Positions 7,852 through 15,761 of a DNA stretch of 39,800 nucleotides are shown here, piece after piece. This DNA comes from a virus (taxonomy: Duplodnaviria; Heunggongvirae; Uroviricota; Caudoviricetes): the IMG/VR virus record IMGVR_UViG_3300042892_001069; one strand, given 5' to 3'. The notes beneath the pieces are model-generated. The model made no database searches and was not told where the DNA came from. It saw nothing but the letters and a program-made list of their open reading frames with translations. A program made the translations under genes and the position numbers. Each line of letters opens with the position of its first letter. The first letter of the stretch is position 1.

Positions 7852-8424
7852 ATGACATATTTTAAAAGAGTAAAATTAGATAATATACCATATGCGGAAA
7901 TATTAAAAAATCTTACAATTCCAAGCGGCGCAGGGCAAGTTAGCCCATTACCGCATGATGTTAAATTTAAACTAGCAGAGCTTTTAAAAATAGATCTAGA
8001 TCAGTGCGTCCAATCTAGAATAATGATAGTATACTTTCCACCCCTCGGAAGTGTTAATATACACTCTGATAAACCAGTAGAAGATTTACCTGAAGGAAAA
8101 TTGGATCAATGTATAATAGTTCCAATAGACAATTTCCAAGATGTTGAATGGACTTGGTACGAAGTATTAGATTATTCAAAAATATATCATTACGGTCAAA
8201 AAGAAAATTGGAAAACAGTGCCAATGGTGCCAGTCACTGCTACAAAAGCCGTAGAAAAAATTAAATGTAACAGCGCATTTATCGCTGACATTGGCACATG
8301 GCACTCATTAAAAAATTTTAGTAATAAGCCCGCTGTTGCTCTTAGCATTAGACTGATGCCCTGGAGTTGGGAGGATTTTAAAACTAGCAGTTTGCCTCCA
8401 ATGAAGGGTGTAACATTGGGATGA
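7852..8424 (+). CDS. 2OG-Fe(II) oxygenase-like protein
   Basis: IHSDK...IIVPI...WHSL..LSIR. Confidence 0.7.
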   Translation: MTYFKRVKLDNIPYAEILKNLTIPSGAGQVSPLPHDVKFKLAELLKIDLDQCVQSRIMIVYFPPLGSVNIHSDKPVEDLPEGKLDQCIIVPIDNFQDVEWTWYEVLDYSKIYHYGQKENWKTVPMVPVTATKAVEKIKCNSAFIADIGTWHSLKNFSNKPAVALSIRLMPWSWEDFKTSSLPPMKGVTLG

Positions 8425-8954
8425 ACTATTTCAAGTACTTAGATTTAAATTGGCAACCTAGTGCTGTTAAACTAAAACAATACATCTACGATAACGAGCA
8501 AGATCTTTTAACAGGATTTCATTCATCATGGAAGGCGGTTGACACTAATGATGTTATCAGCAAAGTACCTGAACTTATAGATATGCTGTTGCCACTAGGT
8601 GTTACTATACGGTATGTTGCATTTTTTATCAGTAATTATCCAGTTGGTACAATTCATATTGACGCGGATACTTATTCAAAAGTACGGATTAATATTCCAA
8701 TTATTAATTGCGAGCACACTGAAACTAGATTCTATACTACATCAGCACCACTAATTCGAGTATTACAACAAAATGGCATTCCACTATTTAAAATTGATCC
8801 TACTAAGTGTACTCACGTTGATCAATTTTATTTAACACAAGCTGTATTATTTAGAAATACTGAACCTCATCAAGTAATAAGCAATAATTTAGTACACCCA
8901 CGAATATCTTGTACTATAGGACTCAACGAAGATTTATCTTATTTGTTAGAGTAG
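8421..8954 (+). CDS. 2OG-Fe(II) oxygenase-like protein
   Basis: IHIDAD...RINIPIIN...PHQV...RIS. Confidence 0.72.
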   Translation: MNYFKYLDLNWQPSAVKLKQYIYDNEQDLLTGFHSSWKAVDTNDVISKVPELIDMLLPLGVTIRYVAFFISNYPVGTIHIDADTYSKVRINIPIINCEHTETRFYTTSAPLIRVLQQNGIPLFKIDPTKCTHVDQFYLTQAVLFRNTEPHQVISNNLVHPRISCTIGLNEDLSYLLE

Positions 8955-9476
8955 CTCGGGGCTAAATCTAATACTTAACATACATCGAGGTAATTCCGAC
9001 ATATTATGTACAGTGTGCGGCTTATCGACTCTAACTATCATAGGAGACCCAATAAACACTTTATCAATCACTGTTGGTTCACTGTTCCACTTTAAATGAA
9101 TAGATGGGCGGCCAATTGGATTATTATATAGTTTTTGTTCATAGTCGCCCTCAAACCACATCATACAGCCATCTTGACAATTGTTAATTGGAATATTCAA
9201 TGCTGAAATAAAGTCTGGAATATTTGCGCGATACCCGTCTATGTGAACACCGCGAGTATGATTGCCAACTTGGAAAAATATAATAGCATCTCTAATAGTG
9301 TGGTGAAGCTTGCCAGTCGCATTAACAACGTCAGCACCCAATTGTTCTACAAGCCATGGGTAGTCATCTTTTGGCACACTCATAGCGTGAAGTGTGCCAG
9401 CGTTTGAAATTAAATGTGTATATCTATCAGCAATATTTGTCCAGTTGCTTATAGTTATTGGTCGATAATATTCCAT
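8946..9476 (-). CDS. 2OG-Fe(II) oxygenase-like protein
   Basis: VHIDG...LNIPINN...PHTV...RCMLSIR. Confidence 0.72.
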   Translation of the reverse strand: MEYYRPITISNWTNIADRYTHLISNAGTLHAMSVPKDDYPWLVEQLGADVVNATGKLHHTIRDAIIFFQVGNHTRGVHIDGYRANIPDFISALNIPINNCQDGCMMWFEGDYEQKLYNNPIGRPSIHLKWNSEPTVIDKVFIGSPMIVRVDKPHTVHNMSELPRCMLSIRFSPELL

Positions 9477-9490
9477 ACTAATATTTATAT

Positions 9491-9567
9491 TGGCCGGCCC
9501 TGAGAGGTTCGAACTCCCAACTTCCAGTTTCGAAGACTGGCACTCTATCCAATTGAGCTAAGGGCCG
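9491..9567 (-). tRNA. tRNA-Arg(TCG)
   Basis: Loop CT-TCG-AA, CCA. Confidence 0.93.
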
Positions 9568-10198
9568 TAATTTCATCTACTGACTTATTAAATGCTACAG
9601 TAATTAGTAGTCTTGGGCCTGGACTCAAATTAATACTATGAACACAATCTGTTTTAACAAATGCGCTCGGCGAAGATACGTTTGCTTCTACAATCGGAGC
9701 AGTTCCTAGAAAGTCAATTCTACTTTGTATAGTATCACCAGGGACTACCTTTGTTTTGTATTCAAATCCTGTTTGATTATTCTTTCTAGATATATCACTT
9801 AGTGCCGGATGACTATCAGTTATATCTGGCCACCAGTGCATTGTGTCTAACGGATTCCCAAGTATTAGGACATTAAATCTACTTAACACATTATTTCGAA
9901 CACCTTCTTTGCTTGTAATAAAATCAATGTGTGGGTTACACATGGCACTAGTTGCTTGGTTACTTATGTGGGCTGATATACCAAAATATGATGTACTACA
10001 ATTATACTGTGCTAGGAAATCAATCAGCTCTTGGCCAGCATTACTGCGGTGCCATTCTTGCTGTATTTGAACTGTACCTTGAGTACTATCTAAATTATGA
10101 TTAAAATATCTATCAAATCGACTAGCATATCGATCTAATATCCAGTCTTTTGCTTGTTGAGAAAAGTCAAAAGAAGTTCGATGGAAGAATGTAGTCAT
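9545..10198 (-). CDS. 2OG-Fe(II) oxygenase-like protein (start revised to MTTFF)
   Basis: PHIDF...RFNVLI...CVHSI..RLLITV; the upstream ATG in the ORF track lies inside a tRNA. Confidence 0.65.
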   Translation of the reverse strand: MTTFFHRTSFDFSQQAKDWILDRYASRFDRYFNHNLDSTQGTVQIQQEWHRSNAGQELIDFLAQYNCSTSYFGISAHISNQATSAMCNPHIDFITSKEGVRNNVLSRFNVLILGNPLDTMHWWPDITDSHPALSDISRKNNQTGFEYKTKVVPGDTIQSRIDFLGTAPIVEANVSSPSAFVKTDCVHSINLSPGPRLLITVAFNKSVDEITALSSIG

Positions 10199-10208
10199 CC
10201 TGTATTTA

Positions 10209-10283
10209 TGGCACCGCAAGTTGGATTCGAACCAACATTGGACACTTTAGAAGAGTGTTGCCTATCCCTTAGACTATTGCGGT
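10209..10283 (-). tRNA. tRNA-Arg(TCT)
   Basis: Loop CT-TCT-AA, CCA. Confidence 0.93.
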
Positions 10284-10284
10284 A

Positions 10285-10358
10285 TGGTGCTCGAGTAAGG
10301 AATCGAACCTTAATTACTAACGTACCAAGTTAGTGTACTGCCATTGTACTACAAGAGC
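10285..10358 (-). tRNA. tRNA-Thr(GGT)
   Basis: Loop TT-GGT-AC, two acceptor mismatches, CCA. Confidence 0.85.
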
Positions 10359-10361
10359 ATA

Positions 10362-10967
10362 TTAAAAACCGCTAGTTAATAACAAGTGTAGCCTTGCAGT
10401 ATCTGATTGATTACAAAACGTATGTTCTATGCGGCTAGGATCTAAGTACCATATACGACCATCTGCTGGCATGTGTAGTTTAACAATCTCGGGGTGTCTT
10501 TTTAATAACCAAAAACATTGAGTATTAGTTATTAACGGAATATGATACCGATTTGGTGTGTGAAAATCTTTGTGAAAGTTATAATTTTGATTTGATCCCA
10601 ACCATATTAGCTGTGCCCTACCTTGAAACTTTTTAGTATGTTGATTGTATATTTTATGAACAAGTTTTCCTATGTACAAATCTTGGCTCTCAGATAGATG
10701 TTCTGTAAAGTCTGATTCATTAACATCTTGTTCAATGACCGACGCATGTTTTCCAGTATATTTGTTCCAACGATCATCTCCAACTAACTCGGGAAGATGC
10801 GTTAAATTTATGGCAAATCCAAACTTTGTTTTGCATCTTTCATTTATATCGTCTAATGTTAATCCTAACCGATTTAATAGCGTGTTAACACTATCGAGTA
10901 ATAGTAACATATCTACTCTATCACTTAACGGATAACAAAATGGTAGGAGTGTATCAACTTCTTTCAT
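10362..10967 (-). CDS. Asp/Asn beta-hydroxylase-like 2OG-Fe(II) oxygenase
   Basis: FHKD...RYHIPLITN...EHTFCN...RLHL. Confidence 0.78.
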   Translation of the reverse strand: MKEVDTLLPFCYPLSDRVDMLLLLDSVNTLLNRLGLTLDDINERCKTKFGFAINLTHLPELVGDDRWNKYTGKHASVIEQDVNESDFTEHLSESQDLYIGKLVHKIYNQHTKKFQGRAQLIWLGSNQNYNFHKDFHTPNRYHIPLITNTQCFWLLKRHPEIVKLHMPADGRIWYLDPSRIEHTFCNQSDTARLHLLLTSGF

Positions 10968-10986
10968 CTTCTATTTATAGTGGCAT

Positions 10987-11067
10987 TGGTACCCCAGGCG
11001 GGATTTGAACCCGCATTTAAATTTCTCCTTTTGAGAGAGACGACTTTGCCAATTTGTCTACTGGGGC
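10987..11067 (-). tRNA. tRNA-Leu(CAA)
   Basis: Loop CT-CAA-AA, 9-nt variable region, CCA. Confidence 0.9.
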
Positions 11068-11073
11068 ATTGTT

Positions 11074-11149
11074 TGGTGCTACCTCCAGGGATCGAACCTG
11101 GTTCACCGGTGCTTCAAACCGGCGCTATGACCACATCAGCTAAAGTAGC
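11074..11149 (-). tRNA. tRNA-Phe(GAA)
   Basis: Loop TT-GAA-GC, CCA. Confidence 0.9.
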
Positions 11150-11200
11150 AAAATTAGTACAAGTTGTTCGCCGCACAACTTGTAAAGCGGGGGTCTGTTC

Positions 11201-11674
11201 TTATACGTACCAAATCTCTTTAAAGCCTTCTTCTAGAGTTGGCTCTTCCCATCCTGCGATCATACCGTCAATGACATTCTTTGGAATGTTCTTGCCCGGC
11301 CGGCCACTTAATCTTACATCTAACTCGTCTCGATTTGGTGTACGGAATACAACAGCAATATGCTCGTACTCGGGTAACGCATTAAACTTTCGAGCACGAC
11401 TCATTACCGTAGTACTGGTCTGATCCCAAACAATATCTAACTGGAATGCGGCCGCCATATTAACATTCACCATCATCTGCTTGACAGCAGTGGGCATGTA
11501 TTCTTCAAAGACTTCGCTGTATGTTTTACCTTGATCCTTCGCATATCCTTCAACATGCTGATCAGTACTAACATACTTGTGATCTTTTTTGTCCTCACCT
11601 AGCCAGTCCTGATTTTTATACCAAGTACTTTTACCTGCACCTGGAACTCCAATTAATTGATAACACTTAGGCAT
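11201..11674 (-). CDS. P-loop polynucleotide kinase-like protein (AAA_33)
   Basis: LIGVPGAGKSTW Walker A, VSTD, IVWDQT; start revised to MPKCY. Confidence 0.8.
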   Translation of the reverse strand: MPKCYQLIGVPGAGKSTWYKNQDWLGEDKKDHKYVSTDQHVEGYAKDQGKTYSEVFEEYMPTAVKQMMVNVNMAAAFQLDIVWDQTSTTVMSRARKFNALPEYEHIAVVFRTPNRDELDVRLSGRPGKNIPKNVIDGMIAGWEEPTLEEGFKEIWYV

Positions 11675-11846
11675 TAGATAATCTCTCAATCTCGTTGGCT
11701 GCTTCATCTAATAAGTCTGCTATACGATCGGCAGCACCTTCTTGTACACTTTTACGGGAACCGATCTGTCTACGGATCTCTGCCCGCTTACGCAAACGGA
11801 ATACTAGGCTTTGTTCCGCTACAGGCAAATGGCTTTCATCTTTCAT
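11667..11846 (-). CDS. Small hypothetical protein (59 aa, MKDESHLP...)
   Basis: Read by hand; fills the gap and overlaps both neighbours. Confidence 0.65.
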   Translation of the reverse strand: MKDESHLPVAEQSLVFRLRKRAEIRRQIGSRKSVQEGAADRIADLLDEAANEIERLSNA

Positions 11847-12406
11847 AAGTCGCCTACCTTGTCATGATGACTCTTAATTTCTCCCCGCAAGGCTCTTCGA
11901 ATAGCATCTTCCATTTCTAACACAATCCAACCAGTTGCGTCAATGCCTACATCCAACGCACGATACTTTTCTAAACTACTGGTATTGCCGTGTAAGTGTC
12001 CATGAAAGTGAACACTGCCCCTATGCATTTGATCCCATTCAGCAATTGGATAGTGTAACATTACTACCTTAGTGCCGTTGTAATTGATATCCAAGTACTT
12101 GTGTACTTCGGAAAAACAACTACGAAAGCTAGGATCGTTCAATGCTTTCTTATCGTGGTTGCCTTCAATTAAAATCTTAGTACCATTTAAACGACGCATA
12201 ATTTGTGTTGCCTTCTGCGCATTACAAAATGCTACATCGCCTAAGATGTAGACTAAATCGCCAGGCTCAACAATCTCGTTCCATTCGATGATCATTGCTT
12301 CTGTCATGTAGTCTACATCATTTTTAAATCGTGCTCTTGTCACCGGGCAGAATTTCATGATGTTAGTATGCCCGAAGTGTAAGTCACTTGTGACATACGT
12401 CTTCAT
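11843..12406 (-). CDS. Calcineurin-like metallophosphoesterase
   Basis: SDLHFGH, LGDV, GNHD, HYP, HGHLH motifs. Confidence 0.92.
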   Translation of the reverse strand: MKTYVTSDLHFGHTNIMKFCPVTRARFKNDVDYMTEAMIIEWNEIVEPGDLVYILGDVAFCNAQKATQIMRRLNGTKILIEGNHDKKALNDPSFRSCFSEVHKYLDINYNGTKVVMLHYPIAEWDQMHRGSVHFHGHLHGNTSSLEKYRALDVGIDATGWIVLEMEDAIRRALRGEIKSHHDKVGDL

Positions 12407-12418
12407 AAACTTCTCCTT

Positions 12419-12616
12419 TTAAAAGTGGAACTCACGTACCCACTCGAATTGTGTTTCTCTGGCTTTTACCCATTTGAATTGAGCCTGCTTGCGTACAGGC
12501 TTTTCAAAGTCAATACAGATAAAAATCCATCCCTTGTCCTCTGAGAACATGACTGTTTCAGCAACTCGGACGATCTCTACGATTTTATCTTTCATCTTAG
12601 CTACTGTTACGGTCAT
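12419..12616 (-). CDS. Hypothetical protein
   Basis: GGAGAA SD before MTVTVAK. Confidence 0.6.
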   Translation of the reverse strand: MTVTVAKMKDKIVEIVRVAETVMFSEDKGWIFICIDFEKPVRKQAQFKWVKARETQFEWVREFHF

Positions 12617-12626
12617 TACGTTCTCC

Positions 12627-12794
12627 TTAATGTACAGGCTCCTTTGAGTCAACTTCGCACTCAACGATCCATTTGTTAAATTGTGTAAACTTGTTTACTT
12701 CAACACCTAGTCCAACTGCTTCGTTTACAAAATGTTGTAACAGCGCATTGTACAATTCGTCGGGCATTGTTTCTTTACTAAATTTAATCTTCAT
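12627..12794 (-). CDS. Small hypothetical protein (55 aa, MKIKFSKE...)
   Basis: Read by hand; TAATG overlap with the upstream ORF. Confidence 0.6.
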   Translation of the reverse strand: MKIKFSKETMPDELYNALLQHFVNEAVGLGVEVNKFTQFNKWIVECEVDSKEPVH

Positions 12795-12967
12795 TAGTAA
12801 GTCTCCTTGACAATGTCAAACTCTGCGGCGGGCCATTTAGCTTTGAACTCATCTGTTTTAACATAGTCATTATAAGATTTAGCTTCGAAGAACACCTTGT
12901 GGAACACTGTTTTAAATGTGCCTTTCGGGTGAATCGTTAAGTAAACAGATTTTGCTTTGCCTGCCAT
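12794..12967 (-). CDS. Hypothetical protein
   Basis: AAGGA SD before MAGKAK; consensus promoter upstream. Confidence 0.65.
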   Translation of the reverse strand: MAGKAKSVYLTIHPKGTFKTVFHKVFFEAKSYNDYVKTDEFKAKWPAAEFDIVKETY

Positions 12968-12996
12968 AGTATATCCTTGCTTGTTAGTATACAAGT

Positions 12997-13025
12997 ATTA
13001 TACACTAAACAGGCAAGGCTGTCAA
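12997..13025 (-). promoter_or_regulatory. sigma70 consensus promoter
   Basis: TTGACA-17 nt-TATAAT. Confidence 0.85.
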
Positions 13026-13052
13026 TCAACTGATCTAAAAGTGCGCCAGTCG

Positions 13053-13490
13053 TCAATATTGGGCTTTTTCATCAGCATCGTAAGTCCAACCCAAATGTTT
13101 CATCATACGATGCTTAACTAAAAGATTTGGACTACGAAACCGCTCAGTATCACTGAAGCCCATCATGACTCCTAACTCACAAACTGCGCCCGAACGACAA
13201 ATGCCAGCATAGCAATGAACAACCACATTCATGCGATTTTCCAATGCGTGTTGTAGCAAACGAACGAGCTCAGCGGCCTGCTCATGACTACAACGCATGG
13301 CTTCCTCTAGGGCAAAGTCTTTTTCTTCGATGTCCAAGAACTCAAAGTTGTGACGCTCTTTGAACTGATGCTTGGCTTCAGGTCGCCAGCCGGCTGGATC
13401 CACAATGCTGATCAACATACTGTTTGGGCCAGCATCGTGATGGAACCCTGTTGGGATATCAGCGGCTGCTACATTTTCAATCCACGGCAT
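13053..13490 (-). CDS. Cys-based (dual-specificity/PTP-like) phosphatase
   Basis: VVVHCYAGICRS = HCX5R P-loop. Confidence 0.85.
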   Translation of the reverse strand: MPWIENVAAADIPTGFHHDAGPNSMLISIVDPAGWRPEAKHQFKERHNFEFLDIEEKDFALEEAMRCSHEQAAELVRLLQHALENRMNVVVHCYAGICRSGAVCELGVMMGFSDTERFRSPNLLVKHRMMKHLGWTYDADEKAQY

Positions 13491-13508
13491 AATATTCTCC
13501 TTAAAATT

Positions 13509-13582
13509 TGGGGTGAAAGGGGGAATCGAACCCTCGTCAACTGTTTCACAGACAGCTATGTTACCACTACACTACTAACACC
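13509..13582 (-). tRNA. tRNA-His(GTG)
   Basis: Loop CT-GTG-AA, encoded G-1:C73, CCA. Confidence 0.88.
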
Positions 13583-13588
13583 ATAGAT

Positions 13589-13663
13589 TGGTACCGCCGG
13601 AAGGAATCGAACCTCCATTTCTACGTTCGTAGCGTAGGGTATACTCCATTATACGACAGCGAT
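13589..13663 (-). tRNA. tRNA-Arg(ACG)
   Basis: Loop CT-ACG-AA, CCA. Confidence 0.92.
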
Positions 13664-13668
13664 AAATT

Positions 13669-13742
13669 TGGCAGGCGCATTAGGGATCGAACCTAAACTA
13701 ACAGAGTCAAAGTCTGTTGTGCTACCATTACACAATGCGCCA
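13669..13742 (-). tRNA. tRNA-Gln(TTG)
   Basis: Loop CT-TTG-AC, G73, CCA. Confidence 0.92.
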
Positions 13743-13748
13743 ACAATA

Positions 13749-13816
13749 AAACAGGATAGCATTTTTTGGCTTTTTTTCAAGAAAAGATTTTTAATGTTTG
13801 CTGTTGCTATCCTAAA
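13749..13816 (-). ncRNA. Repeated structured RNA with a Ser(UGA) anticodon-like hairpin
   Basis: AGGATAGCA/TGCTATCCT stem, ACAGCAA, inner CTTTT-CTTGAAA-AAAAG. Confidence 0.7.
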
Positions 13817-13817
13817 C

Positions 13818-13893
13818 TGGAGCGGGTGATCGGAGTCGAACCGACGACAATCACGTTGGCAACGTGGCGCTCTACCAGCTGAGCTACACCCGC
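13818..13893 (-). tRNA. tRNA-Gly(GCC)
   Basis: Loop TT-GCC-AA, CCA. Confidence 0.95.
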
Positions 13894-13899
13894 ATATAA

Positions 13900-14149
13900 A
13901 ATATTGGAAAAGAACATTGAGAGTTTTGGTCCACAATCAAGTGAAACTTGGCTACCCAGTACATACAGTACTGCTCTACTTGTCTAGCAAACGTGGAGTG
14001 CCACTTGCGTTCGAGGATCGCCCAGACTGTATGTCCTGATCCACCACCCGGCTGAAGTGAGATTTATAACCTCCGGCTAATAACGGCTTCCGACCTTTTA
14101 TAACCCTTCTTTCGAAACTTCCGAACACCTTATGTTCTTTACCAATATT
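13900..14149 (-). ncRNA. Candidate ~250-nt structured ncRNA
   Basis: 18-bp terminal inverted repeat with one mismatch; GC-rich interior with CATACAG/CTGTATG pairing; no credible ORF. Confidence 0.55.
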
Positions 14150-14692
14150 TTATTTTGTTCCAATGATCATGTATCTTGTAAATGACCATGTGGGATATTT
14201 AAATTCTAAACTGCCTTCGTATACTACATCTGTAATATTATACAGTTCTTTAAACTCTGTCAAACTTTTTGAATACACTATATGATCATCATGTGGCATG
14301 TTATTACCTTGTAGTACAACTCGTGTACCGGGCGCAATGGCATCAAACCATGCTAGACTTTCAAAATGCTCAGTACTAGTGTTAATAACAAGGTCTGGCG
14401 CACCCGCAATAGTTTGATTACAATCTACAGTGTACGCTTTGAACTGCCAATTCTTTGAAACCCAATTTTCATTGATCATATCGGCGATAGATTCGCATGT
14501 TGGGTCCATATCGTAGCTTTCTATTTTTGCTACTTTAAATTGTTCACGGCTTAATAACAAGAAAGCTAGCACTCCGTACCAACCGCCATATACGTGTGTC
14601 AGTTCACTAGTCCATCCTAATTGTTCAAGCTCACGACACACCCATAACTTGCTGTCGATTTGTCCACTTGTAAAAGCATCTGTATTAAACAT
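14150..14692 (-). CDS. Class I SAM-dependent methyltransferase-like protein
   Basis: VYGGWYG motif I-like, YDMD, DLVINTSTEH; start revised to MFNTD. Confidence 0.65.
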   Translation of the reverse strand: MFNTDAFTSGQIDSKLWVCRELEQLGWTSELTHVYGGWYGVLAFLLLSREQFKVAKIESYDMDPTCESIADMINENWVSKNWQFKAYTVDCNQTIAGAPDLVINTSTEHFESLAWFDAIAPGTRVVLQGNNMPHDDHIVYSKSLTEFKELYNITDVVYEGSLEFKYPTWSFTRYMIIGTK

Positions 14693-14712
14693 ACAATACT
14701 TATTTTTTATTA

Positions 14713-14787
14713 TGGTGGTAACGGTGAGATTCGAACTCACACCGGGCGCCGTATGAAGGCGGTGCACAACCATTATGCTACGTTACC
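14713..14787 (-). tRNA. tRNA-Met/Ile2(CAT)
   Basis: Loop TT-CAT-AC, paired G1:C72 (elongator type), CCA. Confidence 0.88.
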
Positions 14788-14790
14788 ATA

Positions 14791-15016
14791 AGGATAACAA
14801 CTAAGTAGTTCCACCACATTATTGGAACCATTTAACTGATTTAACAAGTCCGGACAGTAGTCGGTACGTTACTTGAGATTCATCCAGTACAGTCCCCTTT
14901 ACGGACACTACCCTTCCGAGTAGTTGGGAGTTGAACCCATTAACCTTCTACTATACAGTACCTTCGAAGAATACTGAATAGCGTGACTTCACTTGCTAAC
15001 ACTCAATTGTTATTCT
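14791..15016 (-). ncRNA. Candidate ~225-nt structured ncRNA with T-loop motif
   Basis: AGAATAACAA/TTGTTATCCT terminal stem; GGG-TTCAACT-CCC T-loop hairpin; several further hairpins. Confidence 0.55.
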
Positions 15017-15018
15017 TA

Positions 15019-15093
15019 TGGTAGGGGCACAGGGACTCGAACCCTGATAGATCGGTTAAAAGCCGACTATTCTAGCCTTTGAATTATACCCCC
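15019..15093 (-). tRNA. tRNA-Lys(TTT)
   Basis: Loop CT-TTT-AA, CCA. Confidence 0.93.
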
Positions 15094-15096
15094 ATA

Positions 15097-15171
15097 TGGT
15101 CCACGCTCTGAGAATCGAACTCAGTTAGTCCGGTTAAGAGCCGGGTACTTCGCCACTAAAGTTTAGCGTGG
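15097..15171 (-). tRNA. tRNA-Lys(CTT)
   Basis: Loop CT-CTT-AA, CCA. Confidence 0.9.
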
Positions 15172-15232
15172 ATGGATCGTAAATATTTTCTTTTACGTGC
15201 CATCCAGGACCATACGGGGGTCAAAGATGACA

Positions 15233-15253
15233 CTAACGTTTAGCACGTTTCAT
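15233..15253 (-). CDS. Mini-ORF MKRAKR (possible regulatory uORF)
   Basis: GGAGAA SD, then ATG AAA CGT GCT AAA CGT TAG. Confidence 0.4.
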   Translation of the reverse strand: MKRAKR

Positions 15254-15254
15254 G

Positions 15255-15383
15255 CTATTCTCCTTTGTTGATATTTTTCTTTTGGGCTTGGCGTTCTGAC
15301 TTCCAGAATACTCGTTTCCAATCTTTCAAATGCTTCCACCATTGCGGACTGCGTGTTAGAATACCTTGTTGCTTGTGTGCCAT
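15255..15383 (-). CDS. Small basic protein (42 aa, MAHKQQG...)
   Basis: Read by hand; AAGGAA SD. Confidence 0.65.
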   Translation of the reverse strand: MAHKQQGILTRSPQWWKHLKDWKRVFWKSERQAQKKNINKGE

Positions 15384-15398
15384 TGGATTTCCTTTTAT

Positions 15399-15461
15399 AA
15401 AACAGGATGCTTATTTTTCAATTAAAAGTTGAATTTTTGAATTTGCTGTTCGCATCCTAAA
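15399..15461 (-). ncRNA. Repeated structured RNA with a Lys(UUU) anticodon-like hairpin
   Basis: AGGATGC/GCATCCT stem, ACAGCAA, inner TTCAA-CTTTTAA-TTGAA. Confidence 0.7.
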
Positions 15462-15463
15462 AT

Positions 15464-15537
15464 TGGTGCCCCATGACAGAATCGAACTGCCGTTAACTGA
15501 TTACAAAACAGTTGTTCTACCATTAAACTAAAAGGGC
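15464..15537 (-). tRNA. tRNA-Thr(TGT), second copy
   Basis: Loop TT-TGT-AA with U31:U39 mismatch, CCA. Confidence 0.88.
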
Positions 15538-15543
15538 TAAATT

Positions 15544-15618
15544 TGGCGCCGCTGATGGGAATCGAACCCACCTAAGTCTCGCAGACAACGAGTTACCCTC
15601 CCAGAGAGCTACAACGGC
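15544..15618 (-). tRNA. tRNA-Asp(GTC) with U37
   Basis: Loop TT-GTC-TG, G73, CCA. Confidence 0.85.
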
Positions 15619-15681
15619 ATATTGAATCATGAGCTTGTAGACTAAACTACAATTTACCGGTTTCTAGACGAACTCATAAAC

Positions 15682-15757
15682 TTGGTACTGTCGACGGGTA
15701 TCGATCCCGCTTCTCCACCTTGAAAGGGTAGCGTCCTAGCCACTAGACGACGACAGT
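15682..15757 (-). tRNA. tRNA-Glu(TTC), second copy
   Basis: Loop CT-TTC-AA, T-loop ATCGATA, CCA. Confidence 0.9.
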
Positions 15758-15761
15758 GTAT

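Noticed and set aside
13027-13070. Possible one-base frameshift at the phosphatase C-terminus (alternative tail KPNIDDWRTFRSVD)
   Set aside because: It cannot be judged without homologues or reads; the catalytic domain is intact either way
15173-15253. Read-through protein MKRAKR*CHL*PPYGPGWH...
   Set aside because: It needs two different stops suppressed with no suppressor tRNA; the downstream sequence is better explained as RNA hairpins
15625-15680. Small hairpin element between tRNA-Glu and tRNA-Asp
   Set aside because: Only two short AT-rich stems, indistinguishable from a spacer or processing hairpin
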